This document shows, piece after piece, positions 9,564-19,500 of a stretch of 34,212 nt of DNA; position 1 is the stretch's first letter, and each line of letters opens with the position of its first letter. Source of the DNA: a virus. Taxonomy: Duplodnaviria; Caudoviricetes. Where the stretch lies: positions 1-34,212 of IMG/VR virus record IMGVR_UViG_3300017716_000389, one strand, 5' to 3'. The notes below the pieces were generated by a model. That model was not told the origin of the DNA and made no database searches. It worked only from the letters and a program-made list of their open reading frames with translations. Position numbers and translations under genes: made by a program.

Positions 9564-9583
9564 GCCCCTTCGGGGGCTTTTTT
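9564..9583 (+). terminator. Rho-independent terminator after tail tube genes
   Basis: GCCCC-TTCG-GGGGC followed by TTTTTT; cUUCGg tetraloop. Confidence 0.9.
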
Positions 9584-9595
9584 ACATTAAAATAT

Positions 9596-9823
9596 ATGAC
9601 AACAAACATTCAATCAAGTAATGATTTATTAGGTTATTTATTAGAGCAATCATTAACTGCGCCTAAAAGTTGGTTTGGTTTTCCGCAACAAAAGCTGACA
9701 GGTATTGCACTGGCTCATTCCATTGCTGCCAATCACGCTGACAAGATGACACCACAAGAAATAGTCGATTATGTAGTCCGACTAAACAATGAAATTTATA
9801 CAGGCATTATTAAAAAAGGATAA
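9596..9823 (+). CDS. Hypothetical protein (75 aa) in tail module
   Basis: ATG at 9596 after terminator; ends 3 nt before chaperone gene; ORF-track start 9503 overlaps tail tube gene. Confidence 0.7.
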   Translation: MTTNIQSSNDLLGYLLEQSLTAPKSWFGFPQQKLTGIALAHSIAANHADKMTPQEIVDYVVRLNNEIYTGIIKKG

Positions 9824-9826
9824 GAC

Positions 9827-10288
9827 ATGAAACTTTCTTCCGCATTAAATATAAATTTAGACAACATTCGCATTCGTGAATTCACAATGGCAGGGCAAAA
9901 ACTGCGTGTTAGAGTTCCGCTTGCATCCGAAATGGAAGCAATTACAAAAGCGGTTGATGAAGTTGATTGGTCAAAAAAATATGAAGAAATGTCGGCATCA
10001 TTTATAAAAGACAGGGCAGAAATTGAAGGCGATGAAATAAAATTTTTAGATGATGATATTGTTGTTGATGGTAAATCTATAAAAGAAATATCTATTCTTA
10101 CCGCAAAAACGGAAGAAAGAATTACGCAAATGATTCGTTTGTTAGTGCCTACAAATGAAGCAGATAGTATGGATACGATTACTTATGCGGATATAGATGA
10201 AGCATTCCCATTTGCTGTGCAGATGGAAGTAATGAAAAAGATTATTGAAGTTATATCTCCCGGCTACGAGGAAACAAGAAAAAACTAA
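9827..10288 (+). CDS. Tail assembly chaperone (gpG-like)
   Basis: Acidic 153 aa between tail tube and tape measure, ends in slippery A AAA AAC before TAA. Confidence 0.85.
   Translation: MKLSSALNINLDNIRIREFTMAGQKLRVRVPLASEMEAITKAVDEVDWSKKYEEMSASFIKDRAEIEGDEIKFLDDDIVVDGKSIKEISILTAKTEERITQMIRLLVPTNEADSMDTITYADIDEAFPFAVQMEVMKKIIEVISPGYEETRKN
10279..10285 (+). other. -1 programmed ribosomal frameshift site A AAA AAC
   Basis: X XXY YYZ heptamer in correct phase; -1 frame (AAA CTA ATA GGC TCA TTG CGA...) is open into ORF ending 10641. Confidence 0.85.
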
Positions 10289-10641
10289 TAGGCTCATTGC
10301 GACTACAAGCGCGAGCATATATGTTGGCGCATGGTGCTAACCCTGACGCAATGGGCGAAGATGATTACCAGTTGGTTATGATTGCTTTAAATGATGGATT
10401 ATTTGGTAACAAAGTATTAGCAAACGTAAATGGCTTATTAACTACTGGTGTTTTTAATTACATTAGAAATGCAAATTCTAGAGCATATAGTTTGCAAGAT
10501 GTTTTAGGAATATTCCACAAATACATTTATCAACCATTAACTGAAGAACAAAGCAAGAATGCAGTAAATGAAAAGTTATTAGCGTTTATGTCAATGAACC
10601 CAAATTCACATAAATTTTTAAAGCCAAAAAATGAGAATTGA
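10282..10641 (+). CDS. Tail assembly chaperone gpT portion (expressed as gpGT fusion)
   Basis: -1 frame relative to 9827; only a TTG start at 10297 with no evident RBS. Confidence 0.8.
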   Translation, partial: KLIGSLRLQARAYMLAHGANPDAMGEDDYQLVMIALNDGLFGNKVLANVNGLLTTGVFNYIRNANSRAYSLQDVLGIFHKYIYQPLTEEQSKNAVNEKLLAFMSMNPNSHKFLKPKNEN

Positions 10642-11077
10642 AACTTTTGGATTTGATGATTTTGATAAAACCTTAACGCAGATGGGCGAGGAATTTGGCT
10701 ACACAGACGTAAATAAAAAAGTATTAGTGCCTGCATTAAGAGCAGCAATGATGGCTGCATTGCCAACAGCAAAATCACTGGCAAGAGCAGATACAGGTGA
10801 AATGAAAAACAGTATAAAAGTTGATGCTCGCAGACCAACAGACAGAGATCAAGAATCTAAATATGTTTATCCTTCTGATGCGGCAATTGCAATTTTATCT
10901 GTTAAACAATCTAAAGTTTCATTAAGTGAGGAATTTGGAACGGCAGATAAAGCAGCACATCCATTTATTAGACCTGCTTTAGAATCAAATCAATCAAGCA
11001 TTTTAAATACATTAAATCAACAATTAAAAGCAAAGATTGACAAATATCAAGCAAGAAAAAGTAAGGATACATTATGA
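10631..11077 (+). CDS. HK97 gp10-like neck/tail component
   Basis: G.DDF.K.L; DTGEMKNSI; EFGT....AHPFIRPALE signature. Confidence 0.88.
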   Translation: MRIETFGFDDFDKTLTQMGEEFGYTDVNKKVLVPALRAAMMAALPTAKSLARADTGEMKNSIKVDARRPTDRDQESKYVYPSDAAIAILSVKQSKVSLSEEFGTADKAAHPFIRPALESNQSSILNTLNQQLKAKIDKYQARKSKDTL

Positions 11078-13056
11078 GTAGTTACATAGCAAGACTTGGT
11101 GCAATCCTATCTCTTGATACAAAAGAATTTGTCAAAGGCGTTGATGCTGCTCAATTAAAAAGCAAACAATTTAAGCAAAATTTAAGAGAAACTCAACAAA
11201 TATTAGATGGCGTTAAAACTGCCGCTAATGCAACTGCGCTTGCTATGTTGGCGTTTGGCGCAATTGCAGCAAAAACTGCCGATGAAATATCAGATTTAGC
11301 GGATGCTAATGAAACCACTGTTGGTAAAGTTCTTGAATTAAAAAAGGCATTAGTTTCTTCAGGTGGTGATGCAGGAAAAATATCTCAATTATTTTCTTCA
11401 TTTACAAACGCAGTAGATGGTGCAGCACAAGGCAGTGATAAATTAAGAGATTCTTTTAAAAAAGTTGGTGTTTCAACTAAAGATTTAGGTTTTTTGTCTA
11501 GTGATGAATTAAGACAAAAAACAATCAAAGGATTGGCACAAATTCAAGATGGCATTACAAGAAATGCTCTTGGTATGGAATTGTTTGGCAAAGCGGCAAA
11601 AGGCGTTGACTTTGTAAAACTTGGCGATGAAGCAGATAAAGCTGCGGGCAAATATGATAAACAAGCGCAAGCAATTAAATCGGCTGCCGATGCTGCACAA
11701 AAATTAGAATTGTTTTTTGGTGATATGAAAATTGCCGCAATACAAGCAATGAAACCAGTTTCTGATTTAATTAATTTATTGCCTTCTGAAAGCCGTATAG
11801 AAGCAATGACTAAAGGTTTTCAAGTTTTAGGTGTCACGCTTGCTATTGCATTTGGTGTTAAGGCAGTTCGTGGTGTTGTGCAATTAGCTAACGCCATACG
11901 AATGATTGCAATTACAAATCCTTGGTTACTTGCATTAACTGCGGCGGCAACTGTTGGAGCATATGTTTTTGCTGACCAATTAAATCCAATGCCGGATGAT
12001 GAAGAATATCCAAAAACACAAGGCGCAACTGGTGGTGCTGCAGGTCGGAGCATGGAACAAAGTGCTCGTGACAAAATGATTGAAAAATATAAAATAGAAA
12101 CAGCAGAAGTAAAAAAATTATATGAAGCAAAGTATTATGCGGCGCATTGGGAATATTCTAATTCACAAAAAATGCTTGAATTAGAAGGTAAAAGATTTTC
12201 AATGCGGGCTGAAGATTATAACCGCGAAAAATTGAATATAGATATTGCTAAAGAACGAATGGCAATAATACAAAAAAAATCTCAAGCAGAAGCAGAAGCA
12301 TTAAGCCAATTAGAACGAACATCCGCAGAAGAACAAAAATATGCAAAACGATTATATGATGAAAAAATTAGAGGTATTAACACGCTATATTTTGCTGAAA
12401 TGGATTTTCAAAATAAATTAGAAGAAATGAGAAGATCAAATTTTGAAGCTGAAGTTGCAAGACAAAAATCATGGTCGGCAGGTTGGGCTGAAGCCATGAA
12501 GGAATATACAGAAACGGCAGCAAGGGCATCTGATAGAGGTAAAGCAGCATTTCAATCTGTAATGTCTAACATGGAAGGCGCATTAAGAAAGTTTGTTGAT
12601 ACTGGTAAATTTTCTTTTAGTGAATTAACTGGAAGCATAATAAAAGATTTAATGTATATGGAATTAAGAGCGCAAGCATCAGCAATATTTTCTATGGCGT
12701 TTAGTTCTTTTAGGTCTGCAATTGGTGGTTCTAGTGGTTCGGCAGGAAGTATTATTGGTGATTTATTTGGCGGGAAAAAAGCAGCAGCAGGTGGTGCAAT
12801 TAATTCACCTACTCTTGTTGGCGAAAATGGCGCAGAATTATTTATACCAAGCACACCGGGAACAGTTATTCCGCATGGCTCATGGCAACAAATGGCGGCG
12901 GCAGGTAGCAATAGCGGCATGACAATTAACGGTAATTACATTGCCAACATGAGTGCAATAGATACGCAATCAGGCATGGCGTTTTTGGCTAAAAATAAAG
13001 ATACGATTTGGGCAGCATATCAATCGGCAAATCGTAGTGTTCCAATTTCACGATAG
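11074..13056 (+). CDS. Tape measure protein
   Basis: IARLGAILSLDTKEF N-terminus, Ala-rich helical body, lambda-type C-terminal GW..AM..Y...FV.TGKFSF, VGENGAELFIP. Confidence 0.93.
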   Translation: MSSYIARLGAILSLDTKEFVKGVDAAQLKSKQFKQNLRETQQILDGVKTAANATALAMLAFGAIAAKTADEISDLADANETTVGKVLELKKALVSSGGDAGKISQLFSSFTNAVDGAAQGSDKLRDSFKKVGVSTKDLGFLSSDELRQKTIKGLAQIQDGITRNALGMELFGKAAKGVDFVKLGDEADKAAGKYDKQAQAIKSAADAAQKLELFFGDMKIAAIQAMKPVSDLINLLPSESRIEAMTKGFQVLGVTLAIAFGVKAVRGVVQLANAIRMIAITNPWLLALTAAATVGAYVFADQLNPMPDDEEYPKTQGATGGAAGRSMEQSARDKMIEKYKIETAEVKKLYEAKYYAAHWEYSNSQKMLELEGKRFSMRAEDYNREKLNIDIAKERMAIIQKKSQAEAEALSQLERTSAEEQKYAKRLYDEKIRGINTLYFAEMDFQNKLEEMRRSNFEAEVARQKSWSAGWAEAMKEYTETAARASDRGKAAFQSVMSNMEGALRKFVDTGKFSFSELTGSIIKDLMYMELRAQASAIFSMAFSSFRSAIGGSSGSAGSIIGDLFGGKKAAAGGAINSPTLVGENGAELFIPSTPGTVIPHGSWQQMAAAGSNSGMTINGNYIANMSAIDTQSGMAFLAKNKDTIWAAYQSANRSVPISR

Positions 13057-13065
13057 AGGTAAAGC

Positions 13066-13551
13066 ATGGCAGTTCCATATACATTCGCAACAGCAACATC
13101 AAATTTACCGTTATCACAATTAGATAGTAATTTTGCGGTATGTTTAGTTAGTGGTGACCCATTGGGTACGCCTGCAAGCGGAACATTAAGTAATTGTACG
13201 GTTGATGGTACTGACTCGGTTGGTTTTAAAAACGTACCAATCAATTCACAATCGGCTGCTTATACTGCGGTTCTTGCTGATTCGGGCAAAGCAATTTTTC
13301 ATCCGTCAACGGATGCTAACGCAAGAACATTTACCATTCCCGCTAATGCTTCTGTTGCATATCCATTAGGCACAGTATTAACTTTTCTTAATATGACTTC
13401 ACAAGTTGTATCAATTGCGATTACAACTGACACAATGTATTTAGCAGGCACAGGCACAACTGGCACAAGATCACTTGCTCAATATGGCATGGCTTCAGCA
13501 ATTAAAATGACTGCAACAACTTGGCTTATTTCTGGTAACGGATTAACGTAA
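13066..13551 (+). CDS. Putative tail fibre/virion appendage protein
   Basis: T/S/A-rich beta protein; NSQSAAYTAVLAD.GK, TFTIPANASVAYP.GT, WLISG.GL. Confidence 0.65.
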   Translation: MAVPYTFATATSNLPLSQLDSNFAVCLVSGDPLGTPASGTLSNCTVDGTDSVGFKNVPINSQSAAYTAVLADSGKAIFHPSTDANARTFTIPANASVAYPLGTVLTFLNMTSQVVSIAITTDTMYLAGTGTTGTRSLAQYGMASAIKMTATTWLISGNGLT

Positions 13552-14453
13552 TGAGTGGCGTATTAGGATTCATTGCAGGCGCGATTGCTCGTTCATCTAA
13601 TGGCGGAAGCGGCGTTCCTCCTACAGTTGAAACTTTTATAGTCGGCGGTGCAGGCGGCGGCGGCACACAAGGCGGTGGTGGCGGTGCGGGCGGGTATCGA
13701 TTTGACACAGCGTTTGCTGTAACTGCAAGCACTGCATATACAACTACAGTTGGCGCAGGCGGCGCAGCAAATGCAAGCGGCAGTAATTCTGTATTTTCAA
13801 CCATTACTTCCACAGGCGGCGGGCGTGGCGGCGGGGCTTCAGGCGGTGGTCTATCCGCAGCTACAGGCGGTTCAGGCGGTGGCGCACAAGTGGCGGCAGC
13901 TACTATTACAGGCGCGGCAGGTAATACGCCAAGCACATCACCATCGCAAGGCAGTGCAGGCGGCAACAACGCAGGCAACGTGGCGCAATATGGTGGCGGT
14001 GGCGGCGGTGGTTATGGAAATGTAGGCGGCAACGGAACTAGCACACAAGGCGGCAACGGCGGTGCTGTAGGGATTAGAACAATTACTGGCTTACCTATTG
14101 CTTATGCAGGCGGCGGCGGTGCGGGTATTTTTTCTGCTTCAGGATGCACAGCAGGAACAGGTGCTAGTGGAATTGGTGGTAGTGGTATAGCAGGCGGTTC
14201 AGGCACAGCAGGTTCTGGTGTAGTTAATACAGGTTCAGGCGGAGGTGGTTCAGGTACAAGCTCAAGTGTTGCAGGCGCAGGCGGTTCAGGAATTGTTGTT
14301 ATTGCTTACCCTAACACATACGCTAATTTAGTAAGTGTAAGCGCGGGACTTACTTGCAATGGTAGCGCAGGCAATACCACACCAGATACAACATCAAGAT
14401 CAGGGTATAAAGTTTATAAATTTACCGCAGGCACAGGTACAATTTCTTGGTAA
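13551..14453 (+). CDS. Glycine-rich virion/fibre protein
   Basis: VGGAGGGG..GGGGAGG, GAGGSGIVVIAYP, YKVYKFT pattern of phage Gly-rich domains; TAATG coupling. Confidence 0.8.
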   Translation: MSGVLGFIAGAIARSSNGGSGVPPTVETFIVGGAGGGGTQGGGGGAGGYRFDTAFAVTASTAYTTTVGAGGAANASGSNSVFSTITSTGGGRGGGASGGGLSAATGGSGGGAQVAAATITGAAGNTPSTSPSQGSAGGNNAGNVAQYGGGGGGGYGNVGGNGTSTQGGNGGAVGIRTITGLPIAYAGGGGAGIFSASGCTAGTGASGIGGSGIAGGSGTAGSGVVNTGSGGGGSGTSSSVAGAGGSGIVVIAYPNTYANLVSVSAGLTCNGSAGNTTPDTTSRSGYKVYKFTAGTGTISW

Positions 14454-14458
14454 ACAAT

Positions 14459-14809
14459 ATGGCACACTACGCATTTTTAGATTCTAATAATATTGTCACG
14501 CAAGTAATTGTCGGCAATGATGGCGATGAATGGGAAGCATTTTATTCGCAAGAAATAGGTCAAGTTTGTAAGCGCACAAGTTACAATAGCTACGGTGGGC
14601 AGCACAAAAATGGCGGCATTGCATACAGAAAAAACTATGCAGGAATTGGTTATAAATATGATGAAATAAGGGATGCGTTTATTCCTCCGCAACCTTACCC
14701 ATCATGGTCATTAGATGAAGATTCTTGCTTATGGCAACCGCCAATTCCACAGCCATTAGATGCCGTTAATGTTTGGGATGAAGCGCAGCAAAATTGGGTT
14801 TACTTATGA
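14459..14809 (+). CDS. Conserved hypothetical partner of Gly-rich protein (possible fibre chaperone)
   Basis: MAHYAFLD.NNIV..VIV; RTSYN; RKNYAGIGY.YD..RDAFIPPQPYPSW. Confidence 0.75.
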   Translation: MAHYAFLDSNNIVTQVIVGNDGDEWEAFYSQEIGQVCKRTSYNSYGGQHKNGGIAYRKNYAGIGYKYDEIRDAFIPPQPYPSWSLDEDSCLWQPPIPQPLDAVNVWDEAQQNWVYL

Positions 14810-15486
14810 GTTTACAAACAATACTTTCTGTTGCTGAATCGGTTGGAATAAATGACCATAGGTTTATTGGTCAAATGTTGTCGCGCAATATGCGCTTAAA
14901 TACATCCGAAATTTTAACTGTACAGCCATTTGAGTTTGAAATAAAGCCAATGAATTACCTGCTTTATTCTCAAAATCGTGCAGTATTATCTGCGCTTAGA
15001 GCAGTAGATAAACAATATGAAAGCTACTTAAACTTTGGTTTAACTGGATGGCTTAACTATATAAATTATCAAGGCGACATGACACCATTGCAGGCGGCTG
15101 CTTGTCAAATTGAAATAGCAAGCGCAAATAAAACAATTGTTCTAGGTTCATTGCCTTCAATAAGCTCGACTGCGTTTATAGTTAAGACAGGTGATTTTAT
15201 TCAGATTGATCGTTATGCTTACATAGCAACGGCAAACGTATTGCGCGGTGCTAGTTCAACTGTAAGCATTCCAGTTCACCGAACCATCATGACAACATTA
15301 GTTTCACCTATAGGGGCTGTCATTGGTCAATACGGCACTACAGTTAGTCTTGGTGGAAGCACTTATACTGGTGTCACTTTTCCTGTGACTATGCGCGATT
15401 ATCCAACCTACACTTTAATTCCTATGACTAATGATTCATTCATTCAATGGAGTGGTGGATTTAAAGCAATTGAGGTCGTGCTGTGA
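14806..15486 (+). CDS. Distal tail (Dit)-like protein
   Basis: Position before hub and tip genes; K.GDFIQI insertion domain; ATGA overlap at 14806. Confidence 0.65.
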   Translation: MSLQTILSVAESVGINDHRFIGQMLSRNMRLNTSEILTVQPFEFEIKPMNYLLYSQNRAVLSALRAVDKQYESYLNFGLTGWLNYINYQGDMTPLQAAACQIEIASANKTIVLGSLPSISSTAFIVKTGDFIQIDRYAYIATANVLRGASSTVSIPVHRTIMTTLVSPIGAVIGQYGTTVSLGGSTYTGVTFPVTMRDYPTYTLIPMTNDSFIQWSGGFKAIEVVL

Positions 15487-16088
15487 ACGTAATTGCTCCA
15501 GTTGATAATACAAACAATATTCGCTATGCCGATTTTGTTCGCATTACTACGCCAAGCGCAACATATAGATTTTCTACCGCGCCAACATCTATAACAGTTT
15601 CCGCAGTTGATGTTTTACCATTTTCAGGTTTAGGTCAACTTGTTAGCGTTGGCAATGCAACCCGCGACATTAAATCAACAGCAAATGAAACAACAATTAC
15701 TTTAGTTGGTATTGATACAACAATGCTCTCATTAGTTTTAGGCTCTGATATTAAAGGGTCTGAATTAGAAATGTGGCATGGTTTTTTTAATACAAATAAT
15801 GAGTTAATTACTGCGGGCGGCACAGGTGGTTTGTATCAATTCTTTAATGGTTACATAAATTCATTTGCTATTAATGAAGAATGGAATGAAGAATTAAGAA
15901 CATTTATTGGCACTGTTAATGTTTCAGGTTCATCAATACAATTAGTTCTACAAAACAGAGTAGCAGGAAGATATACAAATAATAATTCATGGCAATTTTA
16001 TAATTCTGCCGACACTTCAATGAATCGAGTAAATTATATTTCAACCATTAATTATTTCTTTGGAAAAGATGCGCCAATGAATTCATAA
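15483..16088 (+). CDS. Tail tip/hub protein (lambda gpL-like)
   Basis: FSGLGQLVSV, TITLVGID, FFNGYI, RYTN..WQ; GTGA overlap. Confidence 0.7.
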   Translation: MNVIAPVDNTNNIRYADFVRITTPSATYRFSTAPTSITVSAVDVLPFSGLGQLVSVGNATRDIKSTANETTITLVGIDTTMLSLVLGSDIKGSELEMWHGFFNTNNELITAGGTGGLYQFFNGYINSFAINEEWNEELRTFIGTVNVSGSSIQLVLQNRVAGRYTNNNSWQFYNSADTSMNRVNYISTINYFFGKDAPMNS

Positions 16089-16098
16089 AGGATAAAAC

Positions 16099-16545
16099 AT
16101 GATAAGACAAGCAAACAAATTTGACATACCAAAAATTATTGATATGTTAAAAAATTTTAGAAGTGTTGCGCCAATAGAAGTTTTAAGACAAGCAGACGAC
16201 CAAGAATATATAGAAAAACTTCTTACTGAAATTATTGTAGGTTCGGGATTTATTTTATTAGCGGAAAAAGATAGCACTGTTGTTGGCATGATTATTGGCG
16301 GCATAATTACTAATGTATGGAATCCAAAAGTTAAACAATGTAGTGAAATAGCGTATTGGGTAGAACCAGAATTTAGAGGTGGCACTATTGCACATAGACT
16401 TTTAAAGGCTTATTTTGCAGAGTGCGACAAGATGATGAAATCAGGCAAGATTCAAATGTACACAATGAGCAAAATGATTAGTTCGCCTGATTTAAATTAT
16501 AAAAAATTTGGTTTAAGCAAACTGGAAGAAACTTGGGTTAAATAA
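16099..16545 (+). CDS. GNAT-family acetyltransferase
   Basis: MIRQA..D start, WVEPEFRGGTIAHRLL (motif A), YKKFGL (motif B); AAGGA RBS. Confidence 0.85.
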   Translation: MIRQANKFDIPKIIDMLKNFRSVAPIEVLRQADDQEYIEKLLTEIIVGSGFILLAEKDSTVVGMIIGGIITNVWNPKVKQCSEIAYWVEPEFRGGTIAHRLLKAYFAECDKMMKSGKIQMYTMSKMISSPDLNYKKFGLSKLEETWVK

Positions 16546-16546
16546 A

Positions 16547-19500
16547 ATGGTTGCATCATTAATACTTACCGCAGCATATATGGCAACTCTTCAAGGTGCA
16601 ATTGTAGCGTTTGCCATTAATCTTGTTGCGTCTGCCGTTATTGCAAGAGTATTTGCGCCTGATGCGCCTTCATTTAGTAACGGTATGGGCAGTGTTCCAA
16701 ATCCCGGCAATCGTGTAACAGTGCCGCCTGCCGCAGATAATAAATTGCCTATTGTTTACGGTACTGCTTGGGTTGGTGGCGCAATAACCGATATGACTAT
16801 TACAAGCAACAATCAACAAATTTATTATGTAATTTCTTTATCGGAAGTAACAAATACTGAAACAGGTGGAACGCCTGATACTTTTACTTTTGGCGATATA
16901 TTTTATTCAGGCAAAAAAGTAATATTTGATGGTACTGATTTAACAAAAGTAAATGCCTTGCGTGATATGTCAACTGGCTTAGATGACACAACAGTAAACG
17001 GTAAAATTAATATTTATCTTTATAGAAATGGTAGTAGCAATCCTGTAAACACAGCAAACAGCGCAATTAATGTTTTGTCTGATCCCAATTTAGTTTATAA
17101 ATGGGATGCTACAAAATTAATGTCAAACACTGTGTTTGCTATTGTACGTTTAACTTATAGCGTTACAGCAAATGTGCGTGGTTTAGATCAAATAAGATTT
17201 CAAATTACAAATTCACGCAAAGCACCCGGCGATTGTTTCTTAGATTATTTAACATCAACTAGATACGGCGCAGCATTAACTACGGCGCAAGTAAACACTG
17301 CATCATTAACTGATTTAAATACTTATTCAAATGCTTTAATTAATTACATAGATTTTGATGGATTTTCTCAAACATTAAAACGGTTTCAATTTGATGGGTC
17401 ATTAGACACTAATCAACCCATTATGACAAACTTACAGTTAATGGCATCAAGTTGTGATTGTTTAGTTAAATATAATGAAATAACAGCACAATGGGGCGTT
17501 ATTGTTCAGCAACCAACTTATACGGTTGCAATGGCATTAGATAATTCAAATATTGTTTCTGGCATTCAAATTTCACCTACAGACATTAGCAATTCTTTTA
17601 ATATTGCAGAAGTTAAATTTCCTGATGGTGCAGAGCAAGATTCTTTTGCATCGGTAACTTTTGATCTTGCTGTAATTAATCCTTCTTTGCTTTACCCTAA
17701 TGAACCAGTAAACAAACAACAAATTACATTGCAGTTAGTGAATGGAAATGTAAGGGCGCAATTGCTTGCAAATAGATTTTTAGAATCTTGTCGAGAAGAT
17801 TTGCAAGTACAACTTACAATTAATTTTTCAGGCATTCAACTCGAAGCAGGCGATATTGTAACCGTCACAAGTTCTAATTATGGATGGACTTCCAAACTAT
17901 TTAGGATTGCAAAAGTCACTGAAAAATTTGGTGATGATGGTTCGGTTACTGCGGCATTATCATTACTTGAATTTAATCCTGCGGTTTATGATGATGCAAA
18001 CATTACACAATTTGCGCCTGCGCCTAATACTGGTTTAGGTAGTCCGACAACATTTGGAACAATTCCTGCGCCTGTTATTGGGGGGGCTTTGCCTTCTGCG
18101 CCTAACCCATCATTTCAAGTTACTGTTACAACTAGTACCGCAGGAATAGTTCAGTATGCAGAAATTTGGTATTCTGCTTTTGCAACGCCAACTGCGGCAC
18201 AAAGAATATTTGCAGGAACAACTGCTATTCAATCTAACGGTAATCCGTATAGCCAATCAACAGCAATGCCAGTGGTTACACTTACCGACATTCCATCGGG
18301 CAATTGGTATTTCTTTTCAAGAATGGTTAATCAGATTGCATCTAGTGATTTTTCTGCGGCATCATCATTGCTACAATGGCGACCAACAACATTCACTTAT
18401 GCAGAAAAGTATTTAATTGTTGCTTATGCAAATGACATAATTGGAACAGGGCTTTCAGCATCACCAACAGGAAAATCTTATTATGGTTTGTACAATTCAA
18501 CAAATCAGACTTTTAGTTCTAATCCAAATGATTACACATGGTATTTAGCACAACCTACATTCGGCACAGTTTATTTTCTTGCTTATACAAATAGAGGTGG
18601 CAGAACTTTTAGTTTTGGTATTGCTCCTGCTACACAGGCGGCAGGTACAGGCGCATTTGTTCCAACAACAACTTATGATGCTTCAATATGGGCGGCATTA
18701 GCAGGCACAATTAATTTTATTGATTTGGATTTAAGAACAGGACAAGTAACAAAGACAGCAACTACAACCACAGGCGGTGGTCAACTTGTTATTACAAACA
18801 ATAATGACGGCACAATGGTTGGCGGCTTACAGCCAATTTTGGATTTTGGCGGTGCATCAAGTTTTACAGGCGCAGGCACAACAATTACAATTGATATTTA
18901 TGGTCGCGTTCTTGGGCTTATATTGCCTGATGATTTTAATTATACAAGTCAAGAATTTACCGCAACCGCAGGGCAAACTGTATTTACTCCAACAAGAGCA
19001 GCACAAACTATTGCATGGGTAAATAATTCTTCTGCCGTTATTGCATGGCAAAACAATACTCCAGTAGTTATTTCTTGGTTAGGTTCTAAATTTATTGTTG
19101 GTCAAAATTGGGTGTTTAGAAATGGTTTATTGTTAGACCCAATAAGCGACTACACAGAAACAAGCGCATCAATCACAATGAATAATGCTTGCGTAGTTGG
19201 CGAAGAAGTTGCAATTTTTTCTTTTGTTCCAGTTGCTAATTCAGCCACTTATGCAAATTTAGGAATTGTTTATTCAAGTGGTTCAGGTACTTCAACTCTT
19301 ACATATTCTAATTTAACGCACCAACTTATTTATGCGGGCGACAAAATAACTTTTGCCGATACTGGCTCACCTACTCAATACACTGTTGCATCGGTTAATT
19401 ATGCGACAAGCCAAATTACATTTACTGGAACATTTACAGCAACCGCAGGCGATAGTATTTACCGTTATCGTGCAGTGGGTTCTGCATATCCTGCGTTTTC

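Noticed and set aside
13526-13978. Pro-rich minus-strand ORFs (also 20358-20734, 12552-12920)
   Set aside because: Antisense shadows of GGN-rich glycine codons in real + strand genes
13620-14300. GGC/GGT runs as tandem repeat or CRISPR-like array
   Set aside because: Irregular and explained by glycine coding; no repeat-spacer structure
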